Source of the DNA: Nitrososphaeraceae archaeon
GTDB lineage: Archaea > Thermoproteota > Nitrososphaeria > Nitrososphaerales > Nitrososphaeraceae
DNA length: 64,000 nucleotides
NCBI GenBank assembly: GCA_016782225.1
Contig: JADDOW010000046.1
Location: 3,710 to 67,709, forward strand
Reading direction: 5' to 3'
In this document: positions 11,192 to 22,154 of the stretch, in pieces
How the letters are laid out: every line of letters starts with the position of its first letter
Position numbering within the stretch: position 1 is the first letter of the stretch
Notes under the pieces: generated by a model
Told to the model about the DNA's origin: nothing
Seen by the model: only the letters and a program-made list of their open reading frames with translations
The model's database searches: none
Position numbers and translations under genes: made by a program

Positions 11192-11671
11192 ATGAATAAT
11201 GAGTGTGTTGCAGGTTTTGATGACCTACTCAGAAAAAGTTACAATGAATTGGGAATTCATAGCGTCGACAGCTCTTTAAACTATGCCGATGTGATTGCAC
11301 TTGCAAATAGTTTTTCAACTCATTTTAAAGATGTGACTTTATCCAGTCCATGTGTTATTGTATTAAAAACGATTGCATATTCTCTACAGTCTAATGGCGT
11401 TGTATTGAGTAAAAATAAACTATATGATTTTTTTATTGCATCTTACAAGTTTTTAATCACAAACACTGGTGAAATAAAAGGAAATCCAGCAAGTACAAGA
11501 TCAGGAATAATTGATAACAGTTTCTTTGAAATTTGTAATGACTTGTTGATCAGCTATGATTTTTATGATGAAAAAATCAGAATTCAAATTCCGAATTTGA
11601 TTGTTGATGTGATTGCTGCCTTATTTTTTAGTCAGACCCCTACGGTAAAAAAATATCCACATTTCAAATAA
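11192..11671 (+). CDS. Hypothetical protein
   Basis: 159-aa ORF, no recognised motif. Confidence 0.5.
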   Translation: MNNECVAGFDDLLRKSYNELGIHSVDSSLNYADVIALANSFSTHFKDVTLSSPCVIVLKTIAYSLQSNGVVLSKNKLYDFFIASYKFLITNTGEIKGNPASTRSGIIDNSFFEICNDLLISYDFYDEKIRIQIPNLIVDVIAALFFSQTPTVKKYPHFK

Positions 11672-12374
11672 AACCCTATTATTTTTCCAAGAAAGAGTCT
11701 TTAGTAGCCAACATTTTTCATTGCATTTCTCCAAAGCAATGGAGAATCCATCAGACACTGTATCTTCAATAAAGGATTTGAATGCAAAAAGCCATAATGG
11801 CCAAAAAAAGCTATTGAATCTCAAAAAATAAAGAAACTGGATTCTAATTTTGATGCTGTTATTGTTGTTTTGGATGGGGCCGAATCTGTTGATGATGGTG
11901 TAATGCATGGAATATCTAGGATTACGGGAAGAGGCTGCCATTCTATCAGACAATCTTTAACTGCGTTGCCTAACAAGGAGATTAAAAATCACATGATCTT
12001 TGTAATAATTATGATAAAATTATTAGATATGGTAAACTTGATAGCCCTAAAGAATTTAAATTAGCGGTTGAACGTGATTTGAGATGCCCATTATCCTATA
12101 GACAAGCCAGACATTCTCAAACATGTGTAAAAAAGTTCAATATTATATTGAAAGCATGTTGGATAGGAAATTTGAACCACATTTAACTCATGGCATTAAT
12201 CATGTAAAGCGCAATTTTGAATATGGTTATAGTTTGGCAGGGTTAATAGGCAATTCAAGATCCAGAAATGAGCCAAAATAGGTGGTTTAATGATTTTATG
12301 GTTATACGAAAAGATGCATAAACATGTTTTTTTACTAATGGGGTTGAAAAAGCCTTTTAGCACAAAATAGGTTC

Positions 12375-12749
12375 TGTTCACTCTTTGGGTGCTGCTTTTT
12401 GGGTGGTAAGATTATACCATATCTGGTTCTGCTGAAACCATCCGGGTTGTTAAGTCAGTTGTGGGGTTTTTACAGTTGATGTGTTTTTTTGGGTGCTCAG
12501 AATTGGGTGTGGAAAAAACTGCGTCGATTCGAAACGCCAATCAGACTAAAACTAATATATATATTCATGGTATAATAATAGTGTTGCAATTTTATTGGAG
12601 AACACATGTGGCACTTGGTATACTGAACTTATAAGAATTCACCTTAAATATATCTATCGCTGAATCTTATTTAAGTGTCATATAATTCTACAACATGGTC
12701 TACGACGTAATCCGATAGAAAGTTTACTTGTCTTTGCTTTGTTGCAAAA
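12375..12749. repeat. Dispersed roughly 380-bp element, copy 1
   Basis: Colinear similarity to the reverse complement of 62186-62573 (e.g. tggttctgctgaaaccatc, cgattcgaaacgcca, cgctga.tcttatttaa.tgtcatat). Confidence 0.85.
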
Positions 12750-13641
12750 AAAAGACAACCAAAAAAAGAAAAGGAAAGATGTTGAAAACTTAGACAATAA
12801 GGTTTTGATGAACTGGCAAGAGTTTTGGTTAAACCCACCTCCAATCCAAATAAAGGATAAACAGTTTTTGTTTTGGTTCACCAAAAGATTGGTTTTGTGA
12901 ATGTGAGGCTACATTATACAAGAAATACAAAATTTGTAACACAAAAGAAGAAAATGGGAAATGTATGATCCGTTAGAATTCAAAATGTTGAATTAATGAG
13001 ATGGGGCGCAAAACCTGAAAAAGGTTTTAGGGATACTGAAACAATGGCGCAAGAGGAAGGAGAAAAAAAACGAATTCAGAGAACCTATAATAGATGACCT
13101 TTTAAAAATTGAGGATTAAATGAGCAGAATTTGGACACCTCTCACAATCTTTTATCAAGACTTACCTATTAGAAGATGTACAGAAAATGATATTTCTATT
13201 GATAACAAAATAATGGCCTTAGTTGCCGAAATCAGAAAAACACCTGGATTGATTCACAACCCTACCACCCAATTATAACACCCGTTTTCTACGCCCGGTG
13301 AAGAGACAGAACCCAAAAATACCCTTTTTTTACAGTCCTTACGCAGTTTCCAGTCTATTGTCTATTGATGGACGCATTTATACACAACAAATTACAATTG
13401 CTCCCCAAGAACTATAGTTAATTTGGATTTTGTTATTTGATTAGAAAATTTTAATAAAAACATGGAATCAGGATTGAATGTCAAAAGATGTCCCAGCCCA
13501 ACCAGAAGCTACCCTATATTGTTGTTCTTATCAAATTTAATCCGTATGATTGAACACACGGAAAAGAATTTAAAAAAATGCTTATGAAGCCACTAGATCT
13601 TGAATATTGTCTACACAGAAAATTTTTTATTTTTCCGTAAT

Positions 13642-13917
13642 TTACTTAATTCCTGGATTTGGGCTGTTGTTGTTTAAATTATTGGATTCATTTAATACCT
13701 TGCTGTATTTTGTAACTATGTTGTTATCCCTGTTCAAATAGAAATCACTAGTTAAGTAAGTATAGGAAAAATATGTTATTCCTATGGTAATTAAGATAAT
13801 TGTTATAAATATTACAGTTTTTTTCATTAAAGTATTTTCTGCCCCATTTGCCATTTTAATCTTGATAAACATAATAATATTTTTGCTAGTGGTATTAGGA
13901 TAGTCAAAACCAAACAA
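13642..13917 (-). CDS. Small membrane-anchored hypothetical protein
   Basis: One hydrophobic segment; start uncertain. Confidence 0.35.
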   Translation of the reverse strand: MFGFDYPNTTSKNIIMFIKIKMANGAENTLMKKTVIFITIILITIGITYFSYTYLTSDFYLNRDNNIVTKYSKVLNESNNLNNNSPNPGIK

Positions 13918-13926
13918 AACCTAATT

Positions 13927-14453
13927 AGATCTGTTAAATCGCTTGAAGCAATTTCAGTATGGCTGATATTACCATTTTTTCTCTCATGAGAGAATGGATG
14001 TTATGCTTTAGATCAAGAAATCTACCGTCTTGAGGCAGACACCAAGCAAGCACCTTCTCACCAGCTTTAGAAACTGGGAGTTTCCAATGATGTTGGTCTA
14101 TACGCCTATATTATGTTCTTTTGACATGTTTCATACATGAATTTCTTGTTTTTCAGATGTATTGCAACCCTCAGAGCCATATATAACCTGAACCGACCTT
14201 TTATCAGAATGTCTCATGATGATGTTTTATTTGGTTTATATTTTTGTACCCGGTTTCCAATTATAACATAAATTAAATTTATATATTAGATTAATAATGG
14301 TCTTTCACCCGTCCTTTTTCTTGATGTTTAAACTAATAAAATTGAAGAAAAACCCATAACCAGTATATTCTGGAAATGTGTTCCATTTTGTATCTATAGT
14401 TCACAATGTAAATAGATAACACCTTCATGTGATATTTTTAAGCAACATAGGCC
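13927..14453 (-). mobile_element. Highly degenerate IS6-family remnant
   Basis: Minus-strand fragments across shifted frames (GYGFF, RVQKYKP, VGSGYIWL, VAI, LKHNIHS) match the transposase at 20.4 kb; ends approximate. Confidence 0.7.
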
Positions 14454-15088
14454 TGCTTATTTTATTTGTTAAAGCGAATTAGCCGATATTGACAATAAAT
14501 ATTCCCATAAGAAAAGCATCATTTGTAATGTTTTAGAACACAAATGTATTTACTATGCAATTTCTGTGAGTAAATGCAAAATCTATAATCTCATGTGTGA
14601 GGATAAATTACAAACAAACGGTCCTGCAATAAATATTGAATGTGGTTTTTGTCAAAGCCTTAATTCAATAAACCTGGAGTTTTGATTTGCAGATGTCGGG
14701 CTTTTTCCACGTTGCAATTATTGTGAAATAGCCATATTAAAAAATATGGATGAAGAATTGACTCACTAATAAGAAAATATTAAGGCAAATCAGAAATCGA
14801 AATGTAGTTTTAATTTTTTTTCTTGACCTGCTTTATTAATATTTATATTCTGAGGGATTTTTATCAAATGTTTCCTTACACTCTGAACGACAAAAATAAA
14901 CTTTTTGTCCATTTATATCTGAGGTGTATTTTGCCTTTTTTTCGTCTACATTCATGTTACAGACTGGGTCTTTTGCCATATGGATTATACAAAAGATGGA
15001 TATTTAACAATAGGGCTTTACATTTGTAATTATGGCCTTTTCCAAATTAGAATATGCCCCATTATTTGGTGAATTTTATTGTGTATAA

Positions 15089-15742
15089 TCATTGAATGGG
15101 TGAGCTCAATGTCATGTTGGTCATGCCAGTCGTGTTATCCAAAATGTTCCCTTTTGCCATCGCATCTTTCAGCATATTATTCATCATAATCATATTAATG
15201 ATTGGACTTAATTTTTGCTGGACTTCAGTATCAGCCATCATCATCTCAGCCATTTTAGCAGTATTGTTATCGCTACTCACCAACCCGTTGATTGTGGCAT
15301 TGCCAAAATGATTGTTCACTTTTGATGAACTTGGCAGTATGGTAATAGAGTTATTGTTTGCAATGGTAATTATGGTAGGAATACTGGATATGGGACCATC
15401 TTTCATCGTAATGGAAACATTCCCCTCCATTACTGTATTATTTTCTTCTTTGGTAACACTAATGTCAGTTGCGTTGCCTATTTTGTGAATGTGCGGGGCA
15501 GAGCCATTTGTCATAACCATGTTAAACATGCTGTGAAAAACCGAATCTTTGGGGCTAGACTGGTTTAGGTAGCCCATCCAATGACCCGACAAAATCCAGT
15601 TGTCATTTGAGCTGGCTATTGGGCCAGAATAAAAATTAGAAAAATCCTGCTCATGTGCCGCAAACGCATTTGCGCCGACTAACGAAATTGATAACGTGCT
15701 GGTTAAAACACTTAAGGCAATTACAAAACTTCTTTTTAACAC
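15089..15742 (-). CDS. Secreted Met-rich hypothetical protein
   Basis: Signal peptide (ANAFA), MVMTNGSAPHIH motif, Met-rich C-terminus. Confidence 0.7.
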   Translation of the reverse strand: MLKRSFVIALSVLTSTLSISLVGANAFAAHEQDFSNFYSGPIASSNDNWILSGHWMGYLNQSSPKDSVFHSMFNMVMTNGSAPHIHKIGNATDISVTKEENNTVMEGNVSITMKDGPISSIPTIITIANNNSITILPSSSKVNNHFGNATINGLVSSDNNTAKMAEMMMADTEVQQKLSPIINMIMMNNMLKDAMAKGNILDNTTGMTNMTLSSPIQ

Positions 15743-16373
15743 TATTTTTCGTCAAATACAACCGCTTATATGTTTTATCTATAAAAAAATTATTTGCAGG
15801 TTTTAGTGGGTAATCATATTCTTTCATCCATACCGATAATTTGCAGTCAATGCCCTGCAAGGAAAGCCATCAATTTTGCGGTTAGACAGTTATCAAAATT
15901 GGACCGCGACATATCTGATTATGAATTACCATTTGGCTGGACAAAAATGGAATACCAGAAAACTGACACTCTAGAATATGCTTATTGCAGGATTTGGTTA
16001 TCAACCACAAATCTAATGGCTGTCTTGTATTTGCATGCGGCAGTGGTGGCAAATAACAGAAATCCTGCACTTTATTGAAACCATTGCGTACATCCAATTA
16101 TACAAGAGAAGCATTATTTAAAGAACAACAGCACACATTGAAAACAGAAAAAGTTTGAATGCCTCATTTTTTATGTAGGGATAATGAGTGCAAAAGATAA
16201 GAAAAAATTCTGGGCCATCCAATTTGAAAAAATGGAAATGGGAAAACAACAAGCAAAGAACGTAGTCATTTTTAGGAAAATTCTTTACGTGGAGAAATGA
16301 TGGTGTAAACTTTAACCTTCATCAAAAACAATGCAAAACATATATCTCCTTTTGTCTATTTAAACCGATAGCG

Positions 16374-17828
16374 ATGATGTCAACTATTAAGCTTTTTTGT
16401 GTATTTGCGTCAATAGTTATATCTTTAACAGTCATTTATGCGGCATTTACAATACTGAGCATTGATACTTCCTTTGCGAATAGTTCTGCAAAAATAACTT
16501 CCAGCCGAATCTCCTCTTTTACTGGGCAGGGAGAACTATACGTAGGTAATGCCGGATCTAACACCGTTTCTGTCATTGACCTTGATGACAACCACCTTGT
16601 AAAAAATATTTCAGTAGGAAAAGGCCCACATGATATTAAAATTTCGGAAAATCAACAAACAGTGTTTACCACCGATACCGATTCATCAACAATTTCAGCC
16701 ATCAATACAACCAATAACACAATTATCAAGCAAATCCCCATTAAAGGAGTGAAGGCCCTTCATGGTATTGCAATTAGTGAAAACCAAATCAGAAACAATG
16801 GCAATGATGATGCCAAGGATAACAGAGAGCCAATTTTGTATGTTGGAGATGTATACGGCAACAGGGTGTTAGTTGTTAACGGGAGTAGCATAACAGATCA
16901 AATAAAGGTTGGCGCAGGTCCAGAATATTTAGAGATTAGCCCTAATCAACAATTTCTTTATGTTGCAAACCTGTGGGGACCCATATCAGTCGTTGACTTG
17001 AAAGCAGAAAACCCGGTTGTAATAAAAAGCATTGATTCAGGAAAAACACCTCATGGACTCTCATTTAACAACAATGGTTCCAACCTATACATAGTTAACA
17101 TGTATAGCAACAGCCTCTCAATTATTGATTCCAACCGGCACGAGATAATTAAGAATATTACGGTAGGCAATAAACCAGAATATGTAAAATTAAGCCCTGA
17201 TGAGAGGTTTGCATATGTAACAAACTTAGGGTCCAACACTATTTCAAAAATAGACCTTGACACATTTGAAGTGATAAAGGAAACGCCTGTCGGAAAAGCC
17301 CCTCATGGCATAGCATTTAGTGCTGATGGTAATTTGATGTATATAAGTAATATGGATAGCAATGATATTTCCGTAGTGGATACTAAAACCGACAAAGTTA
17401 TCTTAACTATCCCAACGGGGCTAGAACCCCATCAAATTGTAATGAAGAACCCATCAGTAAGGTTTAACTCCGAAAATAAATCCACTTCGCCAATTTATGT
17501 AGAAATAGCAGACGATCCCTCTGAGCAAAGCAGAGGGCTAATGTTCAGAAATAACCTGGAATCAAATAATGGTATGTTATTTGTTTTTGATGACGAAAAG
17601 ACCAGATCATTTTGGATGAAAAATACGCTCATTCCTTTGGATATGATATTCATGGATGAAAAACTTGGAGTTGTAGACATTAAAGAGAACGTTCAACCTT
17701 GTGTAACAGAGATTTGCCAAAACTATATGTCAGAACAGCCCGCAAAGTATGTGTTAGAAGTTAATGCAGGATATGTTCAAAGGAATGGTGTTGATATTGG
17801 AGATGTGTTAAAACAATCAGCAGTATGA
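16374..17828 (+). CDS. YVTN/YncE-like 7-bladed beta-propeller fused to a C-terminal DUF192 domain
   Basis: Repeats of YVxNxxSNTVSVID...VG..P; C-terminal VEIAD...RGLMFR...GMLF...FWMKNTLIPLD...VLEVNAG. Confidence 0.85.
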   Translation: MMSTIKLFCVFASIVISLTVIYAAFTILSIDTSFANSSAKITSSRISSFTGQGELYVGNAGSNTVSVIDLDDNHLVKNISVGKGPHDIKISENQQTVFTTDTDSSTISAINTTNNTIIKQIPIKGVKALHGIAISENQIRNNGNDDAKDNREPILYVGDVYGNRVLVVNGSSITDQIKVGAGPEYLEISPNQQFLYVANLWGPISVVDLKAENPVVIKSIDSGKTPHGLSFNNNGSNLYIVNMYSNSLSIIDSNRHEIIKNITVGNKPEYVKLSPDERFAYVTNLGSNTISKIDLDTFEVIKETPVGKAPHGIAFSADGNLMYISNMDSNDISVVDTKTDKVILTIPTGLEPHQIVMKNPSVRFNSENKSTSPIYVEIADDPSEQSRGLMFRNNLESNNGMLFVFDDEKTRSFWMKNTLIPLDMIFMDEKLGVVDIKENVQPCVTEICQNYMSEQPAKYVLEVNAGYVQRNGVDIGDVLKQSAV

Positions 17829-18107
17829 TTTCATATGACAGGTGCTGACTAAACTTTACGTGACATCATAATTGTTAATTTTTGCAGTGTTACTGGCAAA
17901 TAATTTATTTTGTGTTGCATGCAAAAAGACACCATTTGTTCCACCCTTACAGCCAATGGTTCCAGTAAAGGGAACTAACGGGGAAATCTCGCTGAACTAG
18001 GCAAAATGACGCAACTGAAGATAACCTGATTAATTTGTCCTTTGCTGATATAAAGGCGACAAATGCATGACAACAGATAATGGAGAATATATAGGGGATT
18101 CCAAGAT

Positions 18108-19922
18108 ATGCCAATTTCAATAACACGGTATAGTCCAGTATGTTACTATAACTACTGCGCCTTCTTTCTTTGTTGTTCTTATTGTCCTTGTATTTATTGC
18201 CGGGATTGCAACCAGTCATTGGAATTTGCTGCTAGTAGACTGCTAACGCCTGTTTTTGGAAGACCCTATATACTTGGAATCTTGATTGGTGTCGTCCTGG
18301 TCGGCCTAAGCATGGGATATCATGTTGGCGGAAGGCTGGCAGATAAAAATCCTGATTTTGAGAAATTCTGCTCAATACTTTTCTCATCCGGATTGTGTAT
18401 TGTCTTTATCCCCATCATTTCTTCTTCTGTAATTGGTTTCACTTCCGCCATTATGCTTGATATGCCTTCTGATAATGATAGTGGTGGTGGCGGTGGCGAC
18501 AATAACCTAAATTCGCTAGTTGCAACGTTTATTCTTCTTGCGATTCCTACCTTTCTTCTTGGCATGATCTCGCCTTATGCAATAAAACTCGCAACGAAAA
18601 TCCTTGACAGGTTGGGTAACATATCCGGAAATCTCTATTCAGTTTCAGCAATAGGAAGCATTGCAGGCACTTTTCTTACTGTCTTTATGCTCATCCCGGT
18701 TTTCGAAATCAATCATATAATATACGGTTTGGGTGTTTTGTTACTGATTTCTTCATTAATTGGTTTAAGGGTTGTTCCAAAGCTTCTTGCCCTTTCTCTT
18801 ATTTTTGTTTTTTCTGTTTCACTATCATTTGATGAATTTCAATCAGTATCACTAGACTTAAAAAACAAACATATCCATCCAGGTAAACTTTTGTTTGAAA
18901 CTGAAACACTCTATAGTCATTTGGATGTGATTGATAATTATAATTCAATAAACAACAGATCTCTTTTCTTAAATGGCTATCTTCACAGTGAAATGAATAA
19001 AGATAATCCAAACGACTTGGTAGTTGATTATACCAAATTCTTTCCCCTCGGAGTAGTATTGAACAATGATTCCAAAAAGGTCTTGTTTATTGGAGGGGGT
19101 GGATTTTCTGGACCAAAGTATTTTCTCCAAAACTATCCAAATATTTCAGTGGATGTGGTGGAAATTGATCCATCTGTTGTGAAGGTGGCAAAAGAATACT
19201 TCTCTTTGGATGATGAAAATCCCAATCTAAGAATATTTACTCAGGATGCCCGAGAATTCTTGGCAAACCGTCTAGAAAAATATGATGTGATCATATTGGA
19301 TGCATTTTCAAAAAGCTATGTTCCTTTTCATCTAATGACGGTTGAGTTTTACAAATTATTATATGATAAACTGACATCAGATGGAGTTATAATATCCAAT
19401 CATATTGGTTCATCTAATGACAAACGAGATACATCCGGTCTATACCGAGCAAACTTAAAGACAATGTTGGAGGTCTTTCCTAAAGTTTATGTCTTTCCAA
19501 CAGAGCATTCTACTGATAGTATTCAAAATATCATTCTGGCATCAATAAAAAGTGGTGACACTGTATGGAACGACTTGACAGAAAAAGAAGGGATGGCTCA
19601 AATACAAAAGGAGACGACAACAGCAATGGATGAAGTTAATTATGAAAATTATATTTTAAACACCTCTGAAATAAATATAAATGATGTCCCTATTTTAAGA
19701 GATCAATTTGCACCTGTGGAAAACCTGCTCAATCCCCTTTCAGGTAAAAACTATGATATGGAGGAACGAGACAATAGCAAAACAAACCTAAATGAGAGTA
19801 GTTTGAATGTGGATTATTTTAAAATTACGTTTTCTTTTCCTGTTGCATATACGCTCATTATTTTAATAACCTGGATTTTTTTACTGAATCGTATGTGGAT
19901 AAACAAAATATCAAACAAATAG
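18108..19922 (+). pseudogene. Fused membrane domain/spermidine synthase-like methyltransferase, 5' end apparently frameshifted
   Basis: FIGGGG, VVEID, QDAREFL, YDVIILDAF; the expected first TM helix (VVLIVLVFIAGIAT) is in a different frame from SLEFAASRLL. Confidence 0.65.
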
Positions 19923-20323
19923 ATATCTACTCCTATGTGATTATCAAAAATGGCATATATTACCAAAATAACACATTTTAAAAGGTAAAATATAATATAA
20001 TTAACTCAAACCAAAGGATACAAAACAGTTAATTGTTTGCTTAATACTTTTGGTTAGATCTTTATGCGCAATGAGCATATTCATGTTCTTTGAGGCATTG
20101 CAATTTAGTTCTTTTCCAAATACATTTGTCAAACCTTTCTTTATCTCCATCGCCTATCGGTCCTAATTCTTTAGCCTCCTTTACACTAATACTGTGATAA
20201 GTGAAGGTTTTTCAGTGACCATTGTCTTGGCTTGGGCATAGGATATTAACTGCACCGATCAAAATAGCACACGCAAACACCGCCGATACAATGGTTAAAT
20301 TTATTTTTGTTATTGCCATTTAG

Positions 20324-20995
20324 GGCTCTGTTCACTTAACGAAAACCTATAGCTTGAATATGCTCTCTATCTACTTTATGAGCAATAAAAGAAAGAACCA
20401 GCACTCCCTCAGAGGTTATTGGTTATGGATTGTATTTTTATTTTTCCGGCTTATCATTAAGAAGAACCTCCGAAAGACTTTCTTGTTTTATCAAACGGAA
20501 TCATGTGTCTATTTGGAATTGGATGCAAAAGTACAAGCCAAAGAAGTTGTATTCAAAGAAAAAGAAGGTAGAGGAGTTTGTCGTTGACGAAACAATGATT
20601 AAAATTGGTTCAGAATTGGCATGGCTTTGGGTAGCGATTGAGCCTGCCAAAAAGGAAACTCTTTCAACAAGCATATCCAAGGAAAGAAACCTGTTTGTAG
20701 CCAAACGTTTTCTATACCGCCTTTTAGAAAAACATGGGGAATGCCCTGTTTTGACTGATGGCGGAACATGGTATCCGCAGGCCTGTCAGTTTTTGAAAAT
20801 AAAGCACCATGTTCACCCATCTTTCGAGAAAAGCATCATTGAGAGGACAATTCAATACATAAAAGACAGAACAGAAATCTTTGATGACTATTTTCCTTGC
20901 AGAAAGAAAAACCGCAAACTCAGGCATGTAAAGAATTGGTTAAACCCATTTGCAATTTTGCATAACAAGGAATTATTCATTAAATAAACAGAGCC
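20324..20995 (+). mobile_element. IS6-family insertion sequence (about 672 bp)
   Basis: Terminal inverted repeats ggctctgttcacttaa / revcomp ggctctgtttatttaa flank a DDE transposase. Confidence 0.9.
20378..20987 (+). pseudogene. IS6-family transposase; ATG at 20378 is out of frame with the body
   Basis: LYFYFSGLSLR, HVSIWNW, VDET, WLWVAI, TDGG.WY, IER. Confidence 0.8.
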
Positions 20996-21155
20996 TAAAA
21001 AACATCAAACAAAATGATATTATTAATTATGCTTTTAATCTATTACAATTTCATTAGGATATTTTGACTTTAATAGATGTCTGTTGCCATCAAAATCATC
21101 CAACAATTACATCGATACTTTAGCGTTTTCCAATATTACTCTTTGGTGAGATGGG

Positions 21156-21794
21156 TTAGTTGATTAAAGCTACTGCCCTTATTGGGGAACCCGAGCAATT
21201 TTCCAATTTTAATGGTAACGCAATAAAGATAAACTTGTCTTTGTGTATTTTGTCCAAATTAGTTAAATTTTCTATTATTGGAATGCTTTTGGCAGAAAAA
21301 ATTTTATGCGATTTGAATTTTTTGTCAAATGCGGGATCAATATTGGGACTATCTATTCCCACTAAATTTATCCCTAGGTTTGCTAAATGCTCTGCGGCTT
21401 GCTCTGACAAGCCTGGATTTTTTTTAAGGTATTTGTCTTTTAATCTATTTGAGGACCAGCCTGTGTATATCAATACTGTATCGTTCTTTTTGATGTTGTA
21501 TCTTTTAACCTCATCTACATCGATAATTTCATCATCGTTTTTTATAATTTTCAACACTTTTGTATTATCCAAAACTACTGCTTTTTCTAAAGGGATTTTT
21601 TCTACAGATTCTCCCGTTGGGCTAAAATGAATTGGGGCATCTATATGTGTTCCCAAATGGGTGCTGGTAAAAATCATTTCAGAGTCATACTCGTCCATCT
21701 TGTAGGTTGACCATTTTAAAATCTTTAAATTGGGCGAACCTGGAAAAACTTGTGTATTTTCATTCATATCCTGCGTAAGATCTATTATTTTCAT
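21156..21794 (-). CDS. Cyclase/kynurenine formamidase family protein
   Basis: THLGTHIDAPIHF, GIDSP, IENL, GSPIRAVA. Confidence 0.9.
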   Translation of the reverse strand: MKIIDLTQDMNENTQVFPGSPNLKILKWSTYKMDEYDSEMIFTSTHLGTHIDAPIHFSPTGESVEKIPLEKAVVLDNTKVLKIIKNDDEIIDVDEVKRYNIKKNDTVLIYTGWSSNRLKDKYLKKNPGLSEQAAEHLANLGINLVGIDSPNIDPAFDKKFKSHKIFSAKSIPIIENLTNLDKIHKDKFIFIALPLKLENCSGSPIRAVALIN

Positions 21795-22154
21795 GTCCTC
21801 ACAATGATTTTCACAGTGTTATATTTAGAAATATTTTCGAATAGCCTTGAATACTTGGAAATGTCAACTATCTTGTTATTTTCATGATATCTTAAACATT
21901 AAGACTCATACTTTAAAATAGTATTTTTATCGCTGTAATAAGATTATTCAGCCTGATTCTAAATCCCATGTGGAAATTTAGTAAATGGTTTTGTGCTGTA
22001 TTTTTAACCCTACAAAACATATCCAATGGTACCAATATGCTATAAATCAATAATAGAGCATTTTATGTGATAAACCGCTCTTTGTTTACCTAATAATATT
22101 TATAGAACACAAAGACGTAACGTTTTAATTTATTCTTTTGTCCGTTTTATTCAG

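Noticed and set aside
11621..12381. Short ORFs at 11621, 11870 and 12196
   Set aside because: No recognisable motifs; likely decayed or spurious
15651..16097. Overlapping short ORFs
   Set aside because: Conflicting frames and no recognisable family
17960..18030. c-di-GMP-I riboswitch-like words ggcaaa...gacgcaa
   Set aside because: The intervening stem-tetraloop and downstream stem are missing; more likely decayed coding sequence
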